From Candidatus Hodarchaeota archaeon (GTDB lineage Archaea > Asgardarchaeota > Lokiarchaeia > Sigyniarchaeales > SOKP01), in contig JBHLKM010000022.1 in assembly GCA_048886685.1 (NCBI GenBank), forward strand, positions 1 to 10,992: 10,992 nucleotides of DNA, given 5' to 3'. How positions within the stretch are numbered: the first letter of the stretch is position 1; every line of letters starts with the position of its first letter. Below the pieces are notes generated by a model. That model did not search any database. It had not been told where the DNA came from and saw nothing but the letters and a program-made list of their open reading frames with translations. Below, one piece after another: positions 1-6,979 of this stretch. The position numbers and the translations under genes are program-made.

Positions 1-7
1 CTGCCAT
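1..7 (-). other. Possible start (ATG GCA G...) of a divergent gene running off the left edge
   Basis: Reverse complement of 1-7 reads ATGGCAG, and a minus-strand TATAAA lies ~32-37 nt upstream (39-44). Only 2 codons are visible. Confidence 0.25.
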
Positions 8-165
8 TATTAATCAAAATTTAGAGTAATTAATTTTGTTTATATTTTTTCATCTAAAAAAGTTATTGTATGTACTCTTTTGCAGCAGAGTTAAGTTCGT
101 AATGTAAATCTTCTTTTAAAATACAAAAAGATTAGATAGATTATTTTCATAACAGAACTATTATC

Positions 166-657
166 ATGAAGAATATCAAATTAACTATAATTGTGGATGA
201 CTTAAACGGGGTGGAACCAGGATATCTAAAATCCTTCGGGTTTTCTCCTTTAATTGAATTGAATAACCAGAAGATCTTATTTGACACTGGTACTAAAGCT
301 GATATTTTAGTTAAAAATCTAGTTACCTATAGTGTTCACCCATCAGAGATTAATAAAATAATATTAAGTCACAACCACTATGATCATACCAATGGATTAT
401 CAGGGATATTAAAGTATAACTCGGATGTATCTGTTTATGTTCATAAATATTGGAAAAAGCCAGTGAAAAAGATAGGCGATTCATTTCCTCATAAAAATAT
501 GATAATTATTGAAAAGGGAGGAATTATTAAGGAATTGGGCGATAAAATCTACATAACAAATGCTTATATGACTCCAGATTATGGTGGGATATATGAACAA
601 GCTTGTTATATTAAAGTGAACAATGCTTTTATTTTGATTTACCTCAGACAATATTGA
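166..657 (+). pseudogene. C-terminally truncated MBL-fold metallo-hydrolase (COG1237 / MJ0301-like family)
   Basis: Contains GFSxLIE, ILFDTG, the SHNHYDHTNGL (HxHxDH) metal motif and EQA..IK..FILI. The frame then ends in YLRQY* exactly where this family continues with GCxHPG; the later GGFH and HCTG motifs are absent. Homology ends at ~640. Confidence 0.8.
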
Positions 658-937
658 TGTTTACAATTTAGGTGATGTAATGGATAAAAAAGGATGGCAT
701 TTAGATCGAATCCAATTCCCTAATGCCTTACATATGATGGTTAATCCCCATCATGCGGAAATTGTCGATACATTCCTCAAAGATCTTAGAGATTCTGTCA
801 AAGAGGTCATCGAAAATCCAGAAAATTCATCTGACGGAGATGCTGCTATATATGGCATGGTAGCAAGTTTACCTGATCGAGGTAAAGTAAAGGATTATAT
901 TATTAATTTTCTTAAAAGCCAGTATAAAATAAATTAA
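638..937 (+). pseudogene. C-terminal ~99-aa remnant of a PLP-dependent sphingosine-1-phosphate lyase-like (group II decarboxylase family) gene
   Basis: The frame of ORF 680..937 is open upstream to 638: FTSDNIDVYNLGDVMDKKGWHLDRIQFPNALHMMV...FLKDLRDSV...AAIYGMVASLPDR...FL..Y. This resembles the SGPL1/DPL1 C-terminus (GWxL..LQxP..H; AIYGMA...DR). An in-frame TGA lies at 635-637 and the PLP-lysine domain is absent. Confidence 0.8.
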
Positions 938-963
938 TCAAAAAGTATAGTTACATATGTTTA

Positions 964-971
964 TTTTTTTT
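964..971 (+). terminator. Oligo-T archaeal terminator candidate
   Basis: T8 within a T-rich tract 27 nt after the TAA at 937. Confidence 0.45.
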
Positions 972-1046
972 ATTTAATCTTTGAATTAACATCTACAAAA
1001 ATGTACAATCTCTAAAGAAATTCCACTATTTCTCGGAAGAAAAAAG

Positions 1047-1108
1047 AAGAAAACAAATTATATATTAATAGATTACCATAATTAACACATTCCAGTCAGA
1101 AATGTGTT
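1047..1108 (+). promoter_or_regulatory. BRE/TATA promoter candidate plus inverted repeat upstream of the 756-aa gene
   Basis: A purine-rich run precedes TTATATAT (1058-1065). A perfect 8-bp inverted repeat AACACATT-N9-AATGTGTT at 1084-1108 overlaps the expected start site. Confidence 0.45.
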
Positions 1109-1152
1109 TTTGAGGATCTAGGTATAAGTAACAATTAGAGTATGAAATTATA

Positions 1153-3423
1153 GTGCCTTTTAAGAAATATTTAATTCTATTCTTAGTTAGCATCTCGATC
1201 TCATTTTTATGTTTAGTTTTTTTAAGTTCAAGTTCAATAGCGCAAGATAAAGGTAATTCTGCTGAATTCCCAATCCAAAGTTCTTTGGTGGAAAGAACTG
1301 AAATGGAATTAATGGTTGAAGAGAAAGATTCTATAGATATTGAATTACCTGGGTATCTATGGAGTATAACTGAGATAACTATGAATTTTTCAGAAATAAA
1401 AAAGCATAATGATACAATTAGTATTGAAGATCATTTCGTAGGAAAATATAATGATATCTATCGTGAAAAATTTGAAAGATTAGGAAGAGGAACTCAAATA
1501 ACTCTTACTGAAACAACAACTATTTATGGTATTTATATCTATGGCTATAAAACACCCAGTGAGATTGATATCTATATACAAGTAACAGGATACGACCCGG
1601 TTGATTATATACCGGATATGGAAAATGTTTATTTAACTCAAACTCTTAATTTGGGATTAATCCCTAGTTGGTATTATCAAAGTTTTCAGACGCCACTTAC
1701 GCTTGAAACTGGAGATTATTATCTCGTACTAAATGGTCTATCTCTGCCAGAAAACACTGGGACTTATTTTTATTGGGCATATAATGATGTTGATCCTCAT
1801 GAAACTACTCTTTACTCTGCGGAACATAATGGAAACCTATGGTATGATGAAGGGATAGGTAAACCACATTTGTATAAACTTGTAGTAAAGTCTAATAGGA
1901 CTTTTTATCCTGAAATTATTAATACGACAGCAAGGCTTGATTCCAATGATTATACTATTTTAGATGGGCCTACAAATGGAACTGGTTATTTGAAAGTTTC
2001 GAACATTGATATTTCGCCTAATTCCAATGTTTTTAACATACCAATCCATACTAACTCATCTAATAGGATAATATTTAGTGCAAATATTGAATTGAAATTA
2101 AAGAATTTATTAAACATATCAGGTACTGTTATTATTCAAGAAAACTCTATGAATATTTGGGAATTAAATCATGTAATTAATAAAATCTATGAGAATTATT
2201 CTCTTGCTTACTACTACCCGTCTACATGGAATAATTTAACTGTGTTAATTAATGAAATAAATATAACGGAGTTAGTACAGTTTAACGAAGAACTCAACTA
2301 TTTCTATATACCAAGTAGTATATTAATAAATGAGCAAAATTTAGTGATTTCTGCTTTTTCTCAAAATTCAGTCTTAGAAACAAACTTACCAAGTGCAGAA
2401 TTTCAAGAAGGGCAAATACTTAAGATCACAGTTGATTCACCGGCCTCAAGAGGAATTGTGAAAATTATCTTGTTTGATCCCAATGGTCTTGAAGAATATA
2501 GTGAAACTATTGAAAATCCAACGGAAACTATTCTCTTTTCATATGGAGATATCTACGAAGGTGAATGGAAAGTTGAAATATACTGGTATAACTCTACACA
2601 TGCAGGTATAACAACATATTCGATTCAGGTACATTCAAGCCCAAATGGTGCTGTAAACATTTTAAAAGGAGTTCCCCCAGAGTTAATTTTTTGGGTGATT
2701 TTACTCTCAAGTTTAATTATTTCTATAAGTATAATTGTCTATAAAACTGTCAAAAGCCATAAACTTAGAAAGGAAAATTATGAATTAGAAAAGTTTTACA
2801 AAATAAGAGACACTCTAAATTTAAATTACATTATGGTCTCTGATAAAGAATCAGGTTTAAATGTTTACGAAAAGCATTTTAAAGGAAAATTCATTGAACC
2901 AACCCTCATCTCAGGATTTTTAATGGCAATTAGTTCATTTGGGATAGAATTAACTGGCACTTCTCATCATTCACAAACAATAAAATTAGAATTTAAAAGC
3001 TCAATAATTCTGATGTCTGAATTCAGAGGATTTAGGTTAATATTTATTCTCTCAAAGAATCCTTTGGAACCTTTTATTCAAGCAATTGATAATCTAGCAT
3101 TTGAAATTCATGAGAAATTTGGTACTCATATTGAAAAATTTAATGGAGATACGATTATTTTTAAGGAGATTACTGAATTATTAGAGAAACATCTTCAAAT
3201 CTCTTTAATCTCACCCATGAATGTAAAGAAATCGAATAGTGAAAACTTAAATACTGAAGAGAAATTTCTGTTAAATAAAGCATTATTCTTAATGAAAAAA
3301 AACAGGGAAAATTATATATACCTCACTGAACTGATAAACGATGATGAGGTTAGGCCTGAATTTGCTTCAAAAATCCTAAATCTAATAGAGAAAAAAGTTC
3401 TAGTACCTACTAAAATAAAATAA
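1153..3423 (+). CDS. Single-pass membrane protein: signal peptide/anchor, beta-rich ectodomain, TM helix, cytoplasmic longin-like domain and possible winged-helix tail
   Basis: N-terminal KK plus hydrophobic stretch ending SIA-Q. 11 N-x-S/T sequons occur before the TM (aa ~511-530, LIFWVILLSSLIISISIIVY) and none after it. The region aa ~554-681 has YIMVSDKESGLNVY...LISGFLMAISSFGIEL...FNGD..IF, a longin/sedlin-like pattern. GTG start. Confidence 0.75.
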   Translation: MPFKKYLILFLVSISISFLCLVFLSSSSIAQDKGNSAEFPIQSSLVERTEMELMVEEKDSIDIELPGYLWSITEITMNFSEIKKHNDTISIEDHFVGKYNDIYREKFERLGRGTQITLTETTTIYGIYIYGYKTPSEIDIYIQVTGYDPVDYIPDMENVYLTQTLNLGLIPSWYYQSFQTPLTLETGDYYLVLNGLSLPENTGTYFYWAYNDVDPHETTLYSAEHNGNLWYDEGIGKPHLYKLVVKSNRTFYPEIINTTARLDSNDYTILDGPTNGTGYLKVSNIDISPNSNVFNIPIHTNSSNRIIFSANIELKLKNLLNISGTVIIQENSMNIWELNHVINKIYENYSLAYYYPSTWNNLTVLINEINITELVQFNEELNYFYIPSSILINEQNLVISAFSQNSVLETNLPSAEFQEGQILKITVDSPASRGIVKIILFDPNGLEEYSETIENPTETILFSYGDIYEGEWKVEIYWYNSTHAGITTYSIQVHSSPNGAVNILKGVPPELIFWVILLSSLIISISIIVYKTVKSHKLRKENYELEKFYKIRDTLNLNYIMVSDKESGLNVYEKHFKGKFIEPTLISGFLMAISSFGIELTGTSHHSQTIKLEFKSSIILMSEFRGFRLIFILSKNPLEPFIQAIDNLAFEIHEKFGTHIEKFNGDTIIFKEITELLEKHLQISLISPMNVKKSNSENLNTEEKFLLNKALFLMKKNRENYIYLTELINDDEVRPEFASKILNLIEKKVLVPTKIK

Positions 3424-3469
3424 TTAGTTAATCTTTCTCAGAAAGAAAAATTCTAAAGTTAAATTTGTT

Positions 3470-4075
3470 CTATTCCTTTTTATAATTGTTCCCTATGTTC
3501 CATGCTACACCAAGTTCTTCACCGATATTATAGTATCGAGACCTATTTCTTGAGCCTGATAATACAAAAGGCTTGATCTTTTCTACATCTGGTACACCAT
3601 TCGATAAATACTTCTCCTCAGCATAAGCTTGCACTACTTCTCCAATAAAGACATCATGTCCCATTTTGGTATCTGAAATTTCTTTTGTATCCACAGTATG
3701 AATGAGTTTGCATTCAAGATTTACGGCTGCCTCTTTGATCATCGGCGCTGTTTTTAATTCACCATAAAAGACATCAAATATTTCGGATTTATCAACTCTC
3801 TTACCTGACTTTATACCACAATAGTCGGTAATTTCTACCATATCAACTGTAGGCGTGTTAACACTAAAAGTTTGATTTTCCTTTATACCAATATTATTAT
3901 AATGTTGCTGATTTGAACAAATAGAAATTAAAGCAGGGGTGAACTCAAGTCCACATACCCATCCAATTGCATTAAAATTGGCTTTACCATTTACGTTTGC
4001 TCCAACAAGTACGACAGAAACAGGGAGTACGTAACATCCTGGAGGAATTTTATTTTTAGTCATTTTCCATCTCAT
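3470..4075 (-). CDS. Flavin reductase family protein (flavoredoxin-like, FMN-binding split barrel); probable start ATG at 4063
   Basis: P.SVVLVG..VNGKANF...W, FSVNTP, DYCGIKSG..VDK, APMIKE..VNLECKL, GHDVFIGEV, PDVEKIKP and YY.IGE.LG.AW.IG match the flavoredoxin pattern over the full length. Confidence 0.9.
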   Translation of the reverse strand: MRWKMTKNKIPPGCYVLPVSVVLVGANVNGKANFNAIGWVCGLEFTPALISICSNQQHYNNIGIKENQTFSVNTPTVDMVEITDYCGIKSGKRVDKSEIFDVFYGELKTAPMIKEAAVNLECKLIHTVDTKEISDTKMGHDVFIGEVVQAYAEEKYLSNGVPDVEKIKPFVLSGSRNRSRYYNIGEELGVAWNIGNNYKKE

Positions 4076-4125
4076 TTTTTTAAATTAAAATTGTATATAT
4101 TCAATAATACTTTTCTAATATTTAT

Positions 4126-4176
4126 AACTGAAACATTTATATCAGTTCAATAAAACATTACTAATGATTTAGGTGA
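4126..4176. promoter_or_regulatory. Divergent promoter region: TATA box inside an inverted repeat, and an AGGTGA RBS for the SDR
   Basis: AACTGA-N10-TCAGTT (4126-4147) encloses TTTATA (4136-4141). AGGTGA at 4171-4176 lies 7 nt before ATG 4184. Confidence 0.5.
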
Positions 4177-4183
4177 TAAAGAA

Positions 4184-5011
4184 ATGAGCATGAAAAATGA
4201 AACCGCAATTGTAACAGGCTCAACGAGCGGGATCGGTAAAAAAACAGCTGAGTTATTTCTTCGGGAAGGATGTAAGGTAGCTATTTGCTCCAGAAAAGAA
4301 GATCACGTTAAGCAAACCCTTTCGGAATTTAAAGAGGAATTTGGGAATTTGGTTATTGGAATGACTTGCGATGTCTCGGATCCCGTTGCTGTTAAATCCA
4401 TTGTAGACGAAACGATTAAGACATTTGGTTCGGTCCGAATATTAGTCGCAAATGCAGGTATAAACCTGACTTATGGTCCTTTCGAATATATTCCTCTAGA
4501 GAAAGCTAATAATAATGCAGTAGAAGTAATTGGCATTAATCTTATAGGTGTTATAAATTCTATTTCTGCGGTACTTCCTCTAATGATAGACCAAGATTAT
4601 GGACGAATTATTACACTAGGTGGAGGTGGTGCAGATAGACCAATTGAACATATGACAATTTATTCTGCCTCAAAGGGAGGCGTCCTTGCGTTTTCTAAAT
4701 GTTTAGCGGAAGAATTGAATAAAAGAGAATCTGATATTAGAATAAATATATTTTTCCCTGGAATGATTAATACAAATTTAACAACTTCCGCTCAGTTAAT
4801 TGAAGCTTGGAAGGATAAAGAAACCTATGATCGTGAATTTGCTCTAATTTCGAAATATGTAATGACAGATATCGAAGAAAGTTGTAGTAAAATCATTCCA
4901 TATGTTTTACCTAACTGCACTGCTAATGGCAAGGTATTCAGAGGTTTTTCTGTGATGAAACTCATAAAAGGATTTAAAAAAATCCGAAAAGAAATGAAAA
5001 CCATGACATAA
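4184..5011 (+). CDS. Short-chain dehydrogenase/reductase (classical SDR)
   Basis: TGSTSGIG (TGxxxGxG), CDVS, NAG, YSASK (YxxxK) and PGMINT motifs. CSR after beta-2 suggests NADP(H) preference. Confidence 0.95.
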   Translation: MSMKNETAIVTGSTSGIGKKTAELFLREGCKVAICSRKEDHVKQTLSEFKEEFGNLVIGMTCDVSDPVAVKSIVDETIKTFGSVRILVANAGINLTYGPFEYIPLEKANNNAVEVIGINLIGVINSISAVLPLMIDQDYGRIITLGGGGADRPIEHMTIYSASKGGVLAFSKCLAEELNKRESDIRINIFFPGMINTNLTTSAQLIEAWKDKETYDREFALISKYVMTDIEESCSKIIPYVLPNCTANGKVFRGFSVMKLIKGFKKIRKEMKTMT

Positions 5012-5030
5012 TTATCTATTTTGTCTTCTA

Positions 5031-5037
5031 TTTTTTT
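5031..5037 (+). terminator. Oligo-T terminator candidate
   Basis: T7 20 nt after the SDR stop. Confidence 0.4.
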
Positions 5038-5091
5038 ATTCCATTATTTGAATACTTAAATTCCTTTACCTGATTTACAAATATATTTTAA

Positions 5092-5757
5092 TTGTATTTA
5101 ATTCTTACAATTGTGGATGTTGCTACAATCTTAATTGTGTATGGGATTTTATTTCTTGGTGAATTAGGGGATAAAACTCAGCTTATAGTTTTTAATCTTG
5201 CATTAGAATACGATAAATTCTATAAAGTTGGCATAGGAGTAACCTTTGGATTCCTAATATTAGTTTCTATTGGTGTCTTTTTTGGTACCGTTATTACAAA
5301 ATTTATACCTCTTATTATAATATCAATTGCCTCTGGAATTGTATTTATCATAATAGGAATTATAGAAGCACTTAATCTCAAAAAAGTTTATTTAGAGAGA
5401 AAAGAAAGGGAAAATGACATTAAATCTAATGTTACAGATAATCCACCAAAAATTACAGAAACTTCACCTTTAAAAATTCCTAAATTAAAGAATAATCCAT
5501 ATATAGCAGGATTTATCTATATTTTTATAATGGAACTAGGAGACAAAACCCAAATTTTAACTATTTCTCTGACCTCAATCTACAATGCTCCATTTGAAGT
5601 ATGGATAGGTTCTTTTTTATCTTTGATCTCTGTAGCGTGGATGGGGATTCTTTTGGGGACAATCATTGCACGTAAAGTACCCAAATTCTATTTAAAATTA
5701 ATTTCTACAACTATTTTTATTCTCGTAGGAATATTAATTTTAATAACATCTTTTTAG
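5092..5757 (+). CDS. GDT1/TMEM165 (UPF0016) family Ca2+/Mn2+:H+ antiporter; start may be GTG 5113
   Basis: Two copies of the signature ELGDKTQ (E-phi-G-D-K-T), one in each 3-TM half, separated by a charged hydrophilic loop. Confidence 0.95.
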   Translation: MYLILTIVDVATILIVYGILFLGELGDKTQLIVFNLALEYDKFYKVGIGVTFGFLILVSIGVFFGTVITKFIPLIIISIASGIVFIIIGIIEALNLKKVYLERKERENDIKSNVTDNPPKITETSPLKIPKLKNNPYIAGFIYIFIMELGDKTQILTISLTSIYNAPFEVWIGSFLSLISVAWMGILLGTIIARKVPKFYLKLISTTIFILVGILILITSF

Positions 5758-5770
5758 ATAACATAAGCAA

Positions 5771-6253
5771 CTACCAACAAGAAGGATCAAAAAATTCTTT
5801 ATATTTTTCTAACCATCTACATAAGGTATAGGCTGTATAATCTTCAGTAATTTCTTCATTTGGTTGAATATCTCTCCTAGATATAGCGTTTAGTGCGTGT
5901 TCTCCGAACGTGCCAGTATTTGGGTTTTCTGAGTGATTTACATATTTTGAATCATCTAAGCAAAAAATTAGTGCATCAAGAATCTCATCATAATAGGCAT
6001 ATGTAAGTAAAACTTCTATGTAATCCCTTATCAATGATGTTTTAGGTGGAGTGTCAAGCATTAAAAACTGATCTTTGGTAATAATCAATACATCTTGTTG
6101 CCGGGCATGCCACCAAACTGTACCTTTTGGTATTAATTTCTTTGCAAATAAACCTAAACCATGTATCTTACTCTCTCGTACTTCTGCATATTCATGTATT
6201 GGATTTTTTTCAGTAAGATTATAGGGGATCTTAATCTTCATTATTATATCCAC
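5771..6253 (-). CDS. Stand-alone SET-domain protein (putative protein-lysine methyltransferase); alternative start ATG 6241
   Basis: SKIHGLGLFAKKLIPKGT (motif I), YVNHSENPN (NHS motif) and RDIQPNEEITEDY (ELxxDY-type motif). Confidence 0.93.
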   Translation of the reverse strand: MDIIMKIKIPYNLTEKNPIHEYAEVRESKIHGLGLFAKKLIPKGTVWWHARQQDVLIITKDQFLMLDTPPKTSLIRDYIEVLLTYAYYDEILDALIFCLDDSKYVNHSENPNTGTFGEHALNAISRRDIQPNEEITEDYTAYTLCRWLEKYKEFFDPSCW

Positions 6254-6861
6254 TAATTTATCATTCTTGTTTTTTTATATATATAAGCATTTAAGTATTT
6301 GCTTTCTATAACCTTTACTCCAAGATCTATATCTTTTATGTAATCACGTGGATCAACAGCATCCGGATGTCCCCTAAACCTTTGTCTTACCACTTCAACC
6401 CCCTCCTCTGTCAATTCAATAATCGCTAAAATCCCTTTATATTTCAAAACACGCATTAATTCATCAAAAGCACGCTCTTTATTACCTATATGATGAAAGG
6501 TTGCATATAGAAATATTGCATCAAAATCATTATCCATAAAAGGTAAATTCTCAGCATTTAGAGGTGTAAATGTTATCATATCTTCAACACTGGCTTTTTT
6601 AGCAGAAGTCTCCCAATCAGCCCAAAAAGTTCCCTCCGGCTCTCCAGTTATTACATTATAGCCATAAAGAGCAAGAATTATTGCCATATGACCCCGTCCT
6701 GTACCGACATCTAACACTCTTGAATCCCTTGCTAAATTAAGTTGTTCTACTAAAAGGCCCAGAAAATCTGCATCTCTACTAAACTCTTCCCCCAAAGTCT
6801 CTTTAACTTGCTTTAAATTCATTGATAGATCAAAATTTTTTAACTTTAAACTAAAATTCAA
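6253..6861 (-). CDS. Class I SAM-dependent methyltransferase (Methyltransf_11/UbiE-like); probable start ATG 6822
   Basis: VLDVGTGRG motif I, AENLPF.DN.FDAI, FHHI and RVLK..G motifs. TTTAAA at 6845-6850 lies 23-28 nt upstream of ATG 6822, consistent with a leaderless start there rather than TTG 6861. Confidence 0.92.
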   Translation of the reverse strand: MNFSLKLKNFDLSMNLKQVKETLGEEFSRDADFLGLLVEQLNLARDSRVLDVGTGRGHMAIILALYGYNVITGEPEGTFWADWETSAKKASVEDMITFTPLNAENLPFMDNDFDAIFLYATFHHIGNKERAFDELMRVLKYKGILAIIELTEEGVEVVRQRFRGHPDAVDPRDYIKDIDLGVKVIESKYLNAYIYKKTRMIN

Positions 6862-6964
6862 TATTATTAAAAAAAAGAATTTAGATAAATAATTAATCCT
6901 TAATGAGATATGCTAGGTAGCTAATTTTTAGCCTTTTATTAATTGTTTTTAATTATGTTTAAAT

Positions 6965-6972
6965 AAAAAAAA
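6965..6972 (-). terminator. Oligo-T terminator candidate for the EEP gene
   Basis: A8 on the + strand (T8 on the - strand) 8 nt past the stop at 6980. Confidence 0.5.
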
Positions 6973-6979
6973 TTGATGT

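Noticed and set aside
74-91. Small hairpin ACTCT-N8-AGAGT in the left intergenic region as an ncRNA
   Set aside because: A 5-bp stem is expected by chance, and there is no tRNA or other RNA-family structure.
635-657. Selenocysteine readthrough or programmed frameshift at TGA 635-637 / 655-657
   Set aside because: Reading through TGA 655 gives CLQFR* with no MBL motifs. Upstream of TGA 635 the lyase frame is just off-frame MBL sequence. A frameshift fusion would join two catalytically incomplete halves. No convincing SECIS was seen.
4184-5011. Calling the SDR a 3-ketodihydrosphingosine reductase because of the nearby lyase and CWH43-like genes
   Set aside because: It lacks the catalytic Ser and has no obvious membrane anchor; context alone is insufficient.
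5012-5112. yybP-ykoY Mn2+ riboswitch upstream of the GDT1-family gene
   Set aside because: The gap is short and very AT-rich, with no GC-rich helices or recognisable conserved core.
5755-6255. Pyrrolysine readthrough of TAG stops (GDT1, SET, MTase)
   Set aside because: The proteins are complete at the TAG, and readthrough either meets TAA within a few codons or runs antisense into the neighbouring gene.
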